DNA of 64,000 bases from the NCBI GenBank assembly GCA_031416075.1, contig JANOSY010000031.1, positions 64,001 to 128,000 on the forward strand, written 5' to 3'. Under the pieces are notes generated by a model, which worked only from the letters and a program-made list of their open reading frames with translations, was not told where the DNA came from and made no database searches. A program made the translations under genes and the position numbers. This DNA comes from Candidatus Tenderia sp. (GTDB lineage: Bacteria; Pseudomonadota; Gammaproteobacteria; Tenderiales; Tenderiaceae). How positions within the stretch are numbered: position 1 is the first letter of the stretch; every line of letters begins with the position of its first letter. This document shows positions 34,485 to 44,978 of the stretch, in pieces.

Positions 34485-37193
34485 TCAGTATCCGTATTTG
34501 GCTTTACGCTGATTGAAGGCAGTCTTTCCGCCTTCAAGAATATTGGCGGCTTTATCCCGGATTTGTGTTACATCAATGGCGCCTTGCGATTCCGCAGGCA
34601 TTTTCGATTGACCCTCTTGCACCTCAAAAACACCGATCCATTCGGCATCACCAAACACCGGTATATTTGCGTTGTGCGTTGCAAAGATGAATTGGCGGGC
34701 TATTTTTGCCGACCTTAATTCCGTCACAATGCGATCCGCAATAAAGGCGTTATCCAGATTATCTTCTGGCTGATCCATAAGCAATGGATCAAGATTCTGC
34801 AGCAGCAGAAGATGCAAAATCGCTGTGCATTGCTGGCCGGTGGATAACCTATCCAGCGGCCTAAAAGTTTCCGCACCCTCATGCGCTGTGTTCAACTCAA
34901 TACTGATCAAGTCAGGCAATTCAATCTCTTCCAGCTTAAGAAGCTGTTCGGTTGTGAGGCGTAACAGAGCATTCTCTACTGTAGATGTCATTCCCCATTT
35001 TTTGAAATCCAACGACACAAGGGCAGCATCAAAAGTTTCCTCACTGTCGTCACGCCTGGCATCGGCGTATTGCCGCACCATTTCAGCCAGTTTAACCGGC
35101 GAAAAATCGTCTGCTTCATGCACCCAGGCAAGCCTGGCTTCGCCAACGTTCTCCAGTTTGCAGCCCAACAGGAATTGAATCACTGGCGCGCGATCAGCTT
35201 CAGGTTTAACCGTCAATTTCAGTTTGCTTGAAAGTCGTTTATTCAAACGCTTCAGTGATCGCTCAAACTGTGCTGATCTATCCGCACGGATGGATGATAA
35301 ATCATCAAGGATGGCTCTGCGTTGCCTGGATAGCTCGGTTACAACCTTGGTGCGGTTATCAATCATCGTTTTCTTTGGCCGAATTCGCTCAATTTCTTTT
35401 AACAAGCGCTGGAACTCAAGACCAATTTCCTTACCCGTTTTTCCTTCAGAGGCTGGCAACTCCTTGAAAGTTTTTTCCAATACCGACTCTTCTTGTTGTA
35501 TCGCCGCATCCAGTGCCTGAGCGTGTGATGCCATCGTGGCTTTCGCAGTGGCATATTTTTGTTGCCACTGACTCAGCAGTGCTTCGGCATCCCCACGGAG
35601 CGCATCCAATGTTGCACGCATCTTGCGCAGGTTTTCGGCATGGGGAAGATGGCCAATGGCTGCGTCACTCAGGAATACGGTATCGGGCAGGCTGTCGCGC
35701 ACAGCCTGGAAAGCCGTATCAAGATTTGGGCCTTCTTCTTCTATCGCCCTTTTCTGTAGGCGCTTTTCTGTCTCCAGTAGCGGCACTATTTTAAGTTTAT
35801 CTTCCAGCCCGAGTACTTTCAATTGGCCTACCTGTTCTTCCAGTTTCGGAAGAAGTGCGACCTCATCTTCAATGGATGCCACAGCAGCTTGTGCTTCGAT
35901 CAACTTCTTTCTGTTCTCTGCCAGCTTACTTAACGACTCCTGAATACGCGCCTCGCCGTCCTGTTGTCCAGCGTCCAGAAACCGGGTCAACAATTGCCGC
36001 TGACTGGTTTTGTCTTGGGCAATTTCGTATATCTCGTTCTGCCCGTAGATTTCAATTCCGGGCAACAGGTCAATCGGCGTAAATGTCGATAAGTTCCCGT
36101 TCTCATCCTTCACACTGGTACTTTCACCATAACGCCGCGCAACCGTAAAACTTTTGCCATTCATTCGAGAGGAACGGATCACCAGCTCTATTCGGCCCTT
36201 GGATGGTTTGCCCAGATTTTCTTTGACGATTTCATCATGTTTTTTTTGTGCATCTTTGCCTATGGGTTTCAGTTGCAAGGCGTAGCGGATGCACTCAAGT
36301 AGTGTCGATTTCCCTGTTCCTCGTCCACCAATCACTGCATTCAGATGTTCGGAAAATTCAATTTGAACGCCATCCAGATACCCGTCCGTGATTCTCAGGC
36401 TTTCGATGCGGGAATAGTATTTCTCGGTAACGTCAGTGTTCAAACGCACCCGTGATTCAGGGTCTTGAAATGCCAGCTTGAAAGACTCAAAACAGGGCCG
36501 GGTCATTTTGATCAAGCAGGATGCTTTTGGGTTTGTTAGCGTTTCTGGTTGTTCCACATCCTTGGCATTGATAATGGCAACCGGCTGCTCGCGCTTGTAT
36601 TCCGGCGTCTTGTTTTGGAGGATTTGTTGATAGCCATAGCCTTCTCCGTTTGTCAGGTCGTCAAGTGTGCCGGGTATCTGAGCGGCCTTTAGCAAGGGAT
36701 TTTGCCAGACATGGTTAAGTTTTTGATACAGGACGCCATTGTCATCCGTGCAGTGAGCCGCAAAAGCAAATCCACCAAGCTCTTCAACCTTTGCAAGTAG
36801 ATCCTTTCCGCTGAAATTTGAAGGCCAAACACCATTGGCGGGATTGGTCAAACCTAGCGCGCCTAAAAAACGGTTGAGTTGATCTATTGACGTATTTTCT
36901 GGGAAAAGGCACACAAAGTGCGCTTTTTCGGTAGAGGCTATCTCGAAGCCGGGAAACACCAGGATGTCATGTTTATTCATCAGAGACCGGATGGCCTCCA
37001 CTCCATCCACATTGCCGTGATTCGCCAAGCCGATGACCTTGATCTCGTGTTCCTTGGCTATGCGCACCAGCTCTTGGTTGTACTGCTCTTCCGTCATTCC
37101 GTGATCACCACCACGATAGGCGATGTAACCCGCTGGGTTAACTTGTAGAGCGCACTTCCAGAATCTGGCTTTGGTGTATTGCTCAGACATCAA
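34485..37193 (-). CDS. PHP-domain plus SMC/ABC-type ATPase (Ppl/TrlF-like)
   Basis: N-terminal PHP-like motifs (FPGFEI, AHFVCLF, AAHC), Walker A GGRGTGKST, long coiled coil, LSTGQQ, LMDQPEDNLD, ATHNAN. Confidence 0.85.
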   Translation of the reverse strand: MMSEQYTKARFWKCALQVNPAGYIAYRGGDHGMTEEQYNQELVRIAKEHEIKVIGLANHGNVDGVEAIRSLMNKHDILVFPGFEIASTEKAHFVCLFPENTSIDQLNRFLGALGLTNPANGVWPSNFSGKDLLAKVEELGGFAFAAHCTDDNGVLYQKLNHVWQNPLLKAAQIPGTLDDLTNGEGYGYQQILQNKTPEYKREQPVAIINAKDVEQPETLTNPKASCLIKMTRPCFESFKLAFQDPESRVRLNTDVTEKYYSRIESLRITDGYLDGVQIEFSEHLNAVIGGRGTGKSTLLECIRYALQLKPIGKDAQKKHDEIVKENLGKPSKGRIELVIRSSRMNGKSFTVARRYGESTSVKDENGNLSTFTPIDLLPGIEIYGQNEIYEIAQDKTSQRQLLTRFLDAGQQDGEARIQESLSKLAENRKKLIEAQAAVASIEDEVALLPKLEEQVGQLKVLGLEDKLKIVPLLETEKRLQKRAIEEEGPNLDTAFQAVRDSLPDTVFLSDAAIGHLPHAENLRKMRATLDALRGDAEALLSQWQQKYATAKATMASHAQALDAAIQQEESVLEKTFKELPASEGKTGKEIGLEFQRLLKEIERIRPKKTMIDNRTKVVTELSRQRRAILDDLSSIRADRSAQFERSLKRLNKRLSSKLKLTVKPEADRAPVIQFLLGCKLENVGEARLAWVHEADDFSPVKLAEMVRQYADARRDDSEETFDAALVSLDFKKWGMTSTVENALLRLTTEQLLKLEEIELPDLISIELNTAHEGAETFRPLDRLSTGQQCTAILHLLLLQNLDPLLMDQPEDNLDNAFIADRIVTELRSAKIARQFIFATHNANIPVFGDAEWIGVFEVQEGQSKMPAESQGAIDVTQIRDKAANILEGGKTAFNQRKAKYGY

Positions 37194-37261
37194 ACGCCTT
37201 CCCTTTTATATTTATTCTCGTGAATAACATGGCTTCAGCGGATTTAAAAAAATGCCCACAC

Positions 37262-39574
37262 TCAATCCTTGGGAGGGGGGGGAGCCAGCACTTCACGGTT
37301 GCCGTTGGACTGCATCGGGCTGACGACGCCGGCGCGTTCCATATCTTCCACCATGCGGGCGGCGCGATTGTAGCCGATTTTAAGGCGGCGCTGAATGCCA
37401 GAGACCGAGGCGCGGCGCGATTCAGTGACGATCCTGACCGCTTGATCATAAAGCTCGTCGGCCTCATCGCTGCCGTCAAAACCACCGCCCATGCCATCAC
37501 CATCGGTACTTGGGCCATCGAGGATCTCGTCGATGTATTCCGGGGTACCGAGCTGTTTCAGTGCATCGACCACCTTATGTACCTCATGGTCGGCTACAAA
37601 GGCACCGTGTACCCGTGTCGGCACATTGGTGCCGGAGGGTTGATAGAGCATGTCACCGTGGCCAAGCAACGACTCGGCGCCACTCTGGTCGAGGATGGTA
37701 CGTGAGTCGATCTTCGATGAGACCTGAAAGGCGATACGGGTCGGGATATTGGCCTTGATCAGACCGGTGAGTACATCAACCGAGGGGCGCTGTGTGGCCA
37801 ATACCAGATGGATGCCGGAGGCACGGGCCTTCTGCGCCAGGCGGGCAATCAGCTCTTCCACCTTTTTGCCCACCACCATCATCATGTCCGCCAACTCATC
37901 CACAATCACCACAATGTGTGGCAGCGGCTCCAGCGGCGGACGGATCTCGTCCGGTGACATCATCTCAATAAAGGGATCGCGGATCGGCTCGTCACTCTCC
38001 AGCGCCTCTTTTATCTTTTTGTTGTAGCTGCTCAGGTTTCTCACCCCCACATAGGCCATCAGCCGGTAGCGACGATCCATCTCCACCACACACCAGCGCA
38101 GGGCATTGGCGGCGTTTTTCATATCGGTGACAACCGGCGTCAACAGATGGGGAATCCCCTCATATATAGAGAGTTCCAGCATCTTGGGGTCGATCATGAT
38201 CATGCGTACCTCTTCGGCGGTGGCCTTGTAGAGCATGCTCAGGATCATGGCGTTGATACCGACCGACTTACCGGAACCGGTGGTACCGGCCACCAGCAGA
38301 TGGGGCATTTTGGCCAGGTCGGCCACCAGCGGCTGACCGGAGATATCCTTGCCCAGCGCCAGGGTGAGGGGCGATAGCGCATCGTCATACTGCTTTGATT
38401 GCAGGATCTCGCTCAGACGTACCGTCTCACGATGTTCGTTGGGGATCTCCAGACCCACCGTAGTTTTGCCAGGGATGATCTCCACCACCCGCACACTGAT
38501 AGCCGAGAGTGAACGGGCCAGATCTTTTGAGAGATTGCTGATCTGGCTGACCTTAACACCTACACCAGGCTGCATCTCAAAACGGGTAATAACCGGGCCG
38601 GGGTGAACCTCCACCACTTCAACCTCGATACCAAAATCCTTAAATTTAATCTCCACCAGACGTGAGAGTGCCTCCAACGCCTCCACCGAAAAACCTTTGC
38701 CGGTATGTACCGCCCGATCCAGTAGCGCCAGGGGTGGTAACCCCCGCCTCTTATCTTCGTCGGTCAAAAAGAGTGGCTGCTGACGCTCCTGCTCTACACG
38801 TTTACTCACCTCAACCTTTTTGATCACCGGTTCGATGCGTGGTGGCAACCGTTTTTCCTGCTTTTTAGTCTCTGTCTGCAAGGCTACCGCACGTTCATGG
38901 CGCATCTGGCGCGCCGCCAGCCACTCACGCAGCCCACCAAACCAGCTGCGTACCAGAGCCGCAAACTCCAGACTCCAGCGCCCGGTCACATCCATCAGCC
39001 ACAACCAGGAGAGACCGGTAAAGAGTGTCACACCCGTCAGGAAAAGCGCCAGCATAAACAGCGTCGCCCCCACAAAACTGAACGGTTCTTCCAGAGAGTC
39101 GCTCACCACCCCCCCCAGAATCCCCCCCGGCGTCAGTGGCAATCCCAGCGGGGCCTGAAAATGGAGTGCGGCCAATCCACACCCGGCCATGACAGTCAGC
39201 ACAAAACCACCAAACCTCAGTACAAACTCTGTGGAGGTGACCGTCTCTTCCGACTTACGATCATGAAATATCAACCAGCCGCTGTAAGCGACCATAATAG
39301 GTATTAGATAAGAGAAGTACCCAAACAGATGCAATCCTACATCCGCAAACCAAGCCCCCACCACACCGCCGCTGTTGGCAATCTCATTGACATGACCACT
39401 GTGTGACCAGCCTGGATCGGTCGGTTCATAACTGCCCAACGAAATCATCAGGTAGAGCGCTACTGCGCCAAACAGGAATAGCGCCCCTTCACGTAAACCG
39501 CGCATCCCTTTAACCAAGCGCGCTGGACGTCCCAATCCACCCGCTGCATCCTTTTTTCGTCTTGCCTGTGCCAA
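37262..39574 (-). CDS. ftsK: DNA translocase FtsK
   Basis: 4TM N-terminus, [25 protein letters not shown], gamma domain [13 protein letters not shown]. Confidence 0.98.
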   Translation of the reverse strand: MAQARRKKDAAGGLGRPARLVKGMRGLREGALFLFGAVALYLMISLGSYEPTDPGWSHSGHVNEIANSGGVVGAWFADVGLHLFGYFSYLIPIMVAYSGWLIFHDRKSEETVTSTEFVLRFGGFVLTVMAGCGLAALHFQAPLGLPLTPGGILGGVVSDSLEEPFSFVGATLFMLALFLTGVTLFTGLSWLWLMDVTGRWSLEFAALVRSWFGGLREWLAARQMRHERAVALQTETKKQEKRLPPRIEPVIKKVEVSKRVEQERQQPLFLTDEDKRRGLPPLALLDRAVHTGKGFSVEALEALSRLVEIKFKDFGIEVEVVEVHPGPVITRFEMQPGVGVKVSQISNLSKDLARSLSAISVRVVEIIPGKTTVGLEIPNEHRETVRLSEILQSKQYDDALSPLTLALGKDISGQPLVADLAKMPHLLVAGTTGSGKSVGINAMILSMLYKATAEEVRMIMIDPKMLELSIYEGIPHLLTPVVTDMKNAANALRWCVVEMDRRYRLMAYVGVRNLSSYNKKIKEALESDEPIRDPFIEMMSPDEIRPPLEPLPHIVVIVDELADMMMVVGKKVEELIARLAQKARASGIHLVLATQRPSVDVLTGLIKANIPTRIAFQVSSKIDSRTILDQSGAESLLGHGDMLYQPSGTNVPTRVHGAFVADHEVHKVVDALKQLGTPEYIDEILDGPSTDGDGMGGGFDGSDEADELYDQAVRIVTESRRASVSGIQRRLKIGYNRAARMVEDMERAGVVSPMQSNGNREVLAPPPPKD

Positions 39575-39837
39575 GTGTGTCCCGTACCTTTTTTCAGAAA
39601 CAAAAAACTTACATATCAGCGCATTATACCCGCATCAGCGGTGAATGCTCACTACTGGCTTTACATCATAAAGGGCAGGACAATAGCAGAGGGGGTCCGT
39701 TGCAATCACCTTTATCCCGCACACAATACCTTGTTATTGCTAAACGTCCGAACATTAACACCCCATAATGTTCCACACCCCTCTCCCTCTTTACCCAACC
39801 ATTAACATCACCTATGATGGGACAACCCGTTTTTAGA

Positions 39838-39875
39838 GTGCGTGTCAGACACTATATATAGTGTCTGACACGCAC
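39838..39875. repeat. Perfect 38-bp palindrome in the ftsK/trxB divergent intergenic region
   Basis: GTGCGTGTCAGACACTATA|TATAGTGTCTGACACGCAC. Confidence 0.95.
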
Positions 39876-39908
39876 CAGAAACACTGGATATACTGCATCA
39901 TACCTTAA

Positions 39909-40883
<975 letters not shown>

Positions 40884-40898
40884 CTGATACGGTGAATG

Positions 40899-40922
40899 GA
40901 GGGGGCGCATATCGCCCCCCTC
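40899..40922. terminator. GC-rich hairpin after trxB
   Basis: GAGGGGGCG-CATAT-CGCCCCCCTC; no clear U tract. Confidence 0.45.
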
Positions 40923-40960
40923 GATTCGTGGATAGACCATGACAATATGGTGACCGCCTT

Positions 40961-41254
40961 ATGATTTTAAGCAGAGACGAAAAACGGGCCTTTATGCGGA
41001 TGAATATTGAGTCGGAGGTCAGCTTTAGCCGTTCCGGCTCAAACCAGACCTACACCGGCCAAAGCATCGATCTCAGTGCATCCGGCATGCGCTTTACCAC
41101 CCAGATGCCGATCGCGGTTGGTGAAACGCTGGCGGTACTTGTCAATCCCGGGGTCTCTATTACCCCTCCTCTGGCGGTCACCCTCTCTGTGATGCGTGTT
41201 ATCGAGGATGGGGATGGACAATACGATGTGGCCGGCCTGACCCAACCAGGTTAA
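40961..41254 (+). CDS. PilZ domain protein
   Basis: EKRAFMR (RxxxR) and DLSASG (DxSxxG) c-di-GMP-binding motifs. Confidence 0.85.
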   Translation: MILSRDEKRAFMRMNIESEVSFSRSGSNQTYTGQSIDLSASGMRFTTQMPIAVGETLAVLVNPGVSITPPLAVTLSVMRVIEDGDGQYDVAGLTQPG

Positions 41255-41338
41255 ACATGTAGGGTAGATAGATACCAGCAACAGGGGCTTGTCTGCTGTT
41301 CTGCCCACCCCTAACCCTAGTGATGTAAAGAGCCAACA

Positions 41339-42079
41339 ATGCGCGGTCCCTTCTGGATAGATCAACGTGATACCACTTACATCTTCCCCCCCGTAGATCT
41401 GGCACTGGATGAGCCTGACGGCCTGCTCGCCGCAGGTGGAGACTTAACGCCGCGCCGTATCATCAACGCCTACCGCCAGGGGGTTTTTCCCTGGTACAGC
41501 AGCGATCAACCGATCCTCTGGTGGTCACCCAACCCCCGCTCCATATTAATCCCTGCACAACTGAAGGTTAGCCGCAGCCTACGCAAACAGCTTCGCAAAC
41601 AGCCCTTCCGCATCACCATCGATCACTGTTTTAAAGAAGTGTTACAGCAGTGTGCAGCCCCCCGCAGCTATGCCGATGGCACCTGGATTACGGCTGAGAT
41701 GCAAACCGCCTATTGTGAACTGCATGATCAGGGGGTTGCCCACTCGTTTGAGGCATGGCAAGGTGAGACCCTGGTGGGTGGGCTGTACGGGTTGGCGCTG
41801 GGCAAACTGTTTTTTGGTGAATCTATGTTCAGCCGTGCCACCGATGCCTCTAAAATTGCCTTTGTGTATGCTGTAAAACAGCTGGAGGCGTGGGGCTTTG
41901 CCTTGATTGACTGTCAGGTTGCCACTGAGCACCTCAAATCCTTTGGCGCAATCCAGGTACCACGTAACCGTTTTATAGAATATACATTGCAGCTAACCAG
42001 TCTTTCGCCTCATCCACTCCCCTGGCAGTTTGATGAGGGGTTTGACCCTCTCATAAACACAGGGCATAGCGATGACTAA
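41339..42079 (+). CDS. aat: Leucyl/phenylalanyl-tRNA--protein transferase
   Basis: GLLAAGGDL, AYRQGVFPW, WWSPNPR, FFGESMFS, DASK. Confidence 0.96.
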   Translation: MRGPFWIDQRDTTYIFPPVDLALDEPDGLLAAGGDLTPRRIINAYRQGVFPWYSSDQPILWWSPNPRSILIPAQLKVSRSLRKQLRKQPFRITIDHCFKEVLQQCAAPRSYADGTWITAEMQTAYCELHDQGVAHSFEAWQGETLVGGLYGLALGKLFFGESMFSRATDASKIAFVYAVKQLEAWGFALIDCQVATEHLKSFGAIQVPRNRFIEYTLQLTSLSPHPLPWQFDEGFDPLINTGHSDD

Positions 42080-42788
42080 CCAGACGAATGAACAGACAAT
42101 CCGTTGTTTTTCTTCCGTACCCTTTGCATGCAGCTATCTGCCCCAGCATGAAGCACGCAACCTGATCATTGACCCGGCAATCCCATTAACATCATCACTG
42201 TTAGGCACACTGCTGAACACTGGTTTTCGCCGCAGCGGCCAGCACCTCTATCGACCTGACTGCCAGCAGTGCCAAAGCTGCATCCCGGTGCGTCTGGAGA
42301 GCCGCCATTTTAAACCCAACAGGAGCCAACGCCGCAACTGGCGGCAAAACAGTGAGTTAATCCACCAGACTACCGTTGGTTTTAGTGACGAGCAGTTTGA
42401 ACTGTATAAAAAATACCTCGATGCACACCATAGTGACAGCAATATGGCCAACCCGAGCATCAAAGAGTACATCGGCTTTTTAACCGCCAGTGGCGTTGAT
42501 ACCCGCTTCCATGAGTTTCGTTTAAAAGGCCAGCTGATAGCCGTGGCCGTTACCGACCACACACCACTCGGACTCTCCGCTGTGTATACCTTTTACCACC
42601 CCGATTTCCAGCAACGGGCACTCGGCACCTACGCCATCCTCTGGCAGATCCACCATGCTCAACAGCTCGAACTACCTTGGGTCTACTTAGGTTATTGGAT
42701 TAAAGAGTGCGACAAGATGAGTTATAAAAACCATTTTCAGCCATCGCAGGGGTACCAACAAAATCGCTGGCACGACCTAACTCGTTAA
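42072..42788 (+). CDS. Arginyl-tRNA--protein transferase-like (Ate/Bpt)
   Basis: CSYLP, GFRRSG..LYRPDC..C..CIPVR, SAVYTFY, YLGYWI...KMSYK. Confidence 0.92.
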   Translation: MTNQTNEQTIRCFSSVPFACSYLPQHEARNLIIDPAIPLTSSLLGTLLNTGFRRSGQHLYRPDCQQCQSCIPVRLESRHFKPNRSQRRNWRQNSELIHQTTVGFSDEQFELYKKYLDAHHSDSNMANPSIKEYIGFLTASGVDTRFHEFRLKGQLIAVAVTDHTPLGLSAVYTFYHPDFQQRALGTYAILWQIHHAQQLELPWVYLGYWIKECDKMSYKNHFQPSQGYQQNRWHDLTR

Positions 42789-42957
42789 TATCAAATAAAA
42801 AACAGTACTATCCATCTTTATAAATCTAAATATTACAATCATTTCCACATCATGAATTGAGGTATCCGCCGGTAATGGTATGATCAAACCCGACACCGAG
42901 CCGCACTTTAATAACCACTGGAAGTACATTTTTTGGGTGTAACCACCAAAAATTGGC

Positions 42958-44904
42958 GTGACTATACTGGAGCTAAAAATGTATCCGATGAATTCCCTGC
43001 GCAATCCCCTCAACCTAATGGGTCTCTTTCTGATCGCTGCGCTACTGACGGCATGTAGCGGTGGCGGTGGCAGTTCAAAATCTCCGACGCCCACTCCGCC
43101 GCCCGCCAACACCGGTTCCTTACCCACACAACCCACACTTGCACTTGGTTACGGCACCAACCAATTCAACTTCACTTGGGGCGCAATAAGCAACGCCACC
43201 AATTACCAACTACTAGAAAATCCCGACGGTGCGTCGGGCTATACCCTGATAGGCGCTGACCTCACAACCACCGCTTATGACCACGCCATCGCCCTGCCGC
43301 AGCGGGTCAATGCCAGCTATCTGCTTAAGGCCTGCAACAGCGAAGGCTGCACCAGCTCGACAGAGGTTTTTGTAAGCGCCAGTGTGGTGGCAGCTATTGG
43401 TTACGTAAAGGCTTCAAACACGGGGGCAGGTGATACCTTTGGTTACGCAGTTGCCTTAAGCGGCGACGGCACTACCCTTGCCATCGGCGCCGCAGGCCCT
43501 AACCCCAGCAATACCCCCCCCATAGACAACCTGCTTCCTGGCGCGGGTGAAGATAGCAATGCTACCGGCATTGGTAGCGATCAGGCCAACAACAGCGCCA
43601 GCAGTGCCGGGGCGGTCTATCTCTTCAGCCGCAACAACGGTGCATGGGTACAGCAACAGTACATCAAGGCGACCAACGCCGAGAGCAACGACTATTTCGG
43701 CTGGTCACTGGCCCTGAGCAATGATGGCAATACCCTCGCGGTCGGTGCCCCGGGAGAGTCGAGCAACGCCATAGGTATTAATAATGGCGGTCAGGGCGAC
43801 AACAGCGCCCTCCAGTCAGGTGCAGCCTACGTCTTCAACCGCGCTGGCAACACTTGGGCACAACAGAGCTACATCAAGGCATCAAATACCGGAGCGGGGG
43901 ATTTCTTCGGTTGGTCACTCGCCTTGAGTGCCGACGGCAATACCCTGGCCGTTGGTGCCTATGGTGAAGACAGCAACGCCAAAGGCGTAGGCGGCAGCCA
44001 GAGCAATAACAGCCACAGTCTTGCCGGCGCGGCCTACATCTACACCCGCAATGCAGACACCTGGGCACAACAGGCCTATCTCAAAGCCTCCAATACAGAT
44101 CTAGCGGCAAGCCCTCTAACTCCAGACGCAGGAGTCGACTATTTTGGCTGGTCACTCGATTTAAGCAGCGATGGCAATACCCTGGCTGTGGGTGCCTTTG
44201 GGGAAGATGGTGGTGCCACGGGGGTGAATAGCAACCAGAACAATAACGACGCCTACGACTCCGGCGCCGTTCACACCTTTAGCCGCGCTGACAACGTCTG
44301 GGCACCACAGGCCTACATCAAGGCATCCAATACCAACATCAGCGATAAATTTGGCATGTCTGTCAAACTCAGTGGCGACGGCACCACCCTCGCCGTCGGC
44401 GCCCCTAACGAGGATAGCAACGCCATCAACGTTGGTGGCAGCCAGAGCGATAATAGTGTCGCAGAGTCCGGCGCGGTCTACATCTTCAGCTACGACAGTG
44501 TGAATTGGGTACAGCAGGCCTATATCAAGGCCTCAAATACCGGCACGGGTGACTGGTTTGGCATGGCGACCGCCTTGAGCGAGGATGGCGATACCCTCGT
44601 CGTCGGCGCCCCCTACGAGGCCAGCAACGGCACCGGCATCAATGGTGATCCAAACAACAACAGCGCGACCTACTCCGGCGCCATCTACCGCTACAGCCGC
44701 AGCAATGATCTCTGGTCGTCCCCGCTCTATGCCAAGGCACCCAATGCCGAGGCTAACGACTCTTTTGGTCGTTCACTCGACCTGAACGCCGACGCCACCA
44801 GCATCGCAGTGAGTGCCCCTTATGAGTCCAGCAGCGCCACGGGCATAGGTGGCAATCAGAGTGACAACAGCGCAGCACGTGCTGGTGCGGTCTATATTTA
44901 CTGA
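42958..44904 (+). CDS. FG-GAP (integrin-like) repeat lipoprotein
   Basis: Lipobox LTAC; repeated YIKASNT..GD.FG.S.ALS.DG.TLAVGA..E units; true start may be ATG 42979, 42988 or 43018. Confidence 0.85.
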   Translation: MTILELKMYPMNSLRNPLNLMGLFLIAALLTACSGGGGSSKSPTPTPPPANTGSLPTQPTLALGYGTNQFNFTWGAISNATNYQLLENPDGASGYTLIGADLTTTAYDHAIALPQRVNASYLLKACNSEGCTSSTEVFVSASVVAAIGYVKASNTGAGDTFGYAVALSGDGTTLAIGAAGPNPSNTPPIDNLLPGAGEDSNATGIGSDQANNSASSAGAVYLFSRNNGAWVQQQYIKATNAESNDYFGWSLALSNDGNTLAVGAPGESSNAIGINNGGQGDNSALQSGAAYVFNRAGNTWAQQSYIKASNTGAGDFFGWSLALSADGNTLAVGAYGEDSNAKGVGGSQSNNSHSLAGAAYIYTRNADTWAQQAYLKASNTDLAASPLTPDAGVDYFGWSLDLSSDGNTLAVGAFGEDGGATGVNSNQNNNDAYDSGAVHTFSRADNVWAPQAYIKASNTNISDKFGMSVKLSGDGTTLAVGAPNEDSNAINVGGSQSDNSVAESGAVYIFSYDSVNWVQQAYIKASNTGTGDWFGMATALSEDGDTLVVGAPYEASNGTGINGDPNNNSATYSGAIYRYSRSNDLWSSPLYAKAPNAEANDSFGRSLDLNADATSIAVSAPYESSSATGIGGNQSDNSAARAGAVYIY

Positions 44905-44912
44905 GTCTTACC

Positions 44913-44944
44913 TTTATCCGGCCTCGGCAACGGGGCCGGATAAA
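44913..44944. terminator. Hairpin with GCAA loop between convergent FG-GAP gene and recJ
   Basis: TTTATCCGGCCTCG-GCAA-CGGGGCCGGATAAA. Confidence 0.7.
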
Positions 44945-44978
44945 ACCACACACTCCAGGCGCGTCAGCTATTCACCTC

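Noticed and set aside
33199-37261. Integrative element with att sites around the PHP-ATPase cassette
   Set aside because: No integrase or transposase, and no convincing direct repeats at either junction.
39838-39875. Protelomerase target or dif site
   Set aside because: No protelomerase or phage genes in the window, and no match to the XerC/XerD dif consensus.
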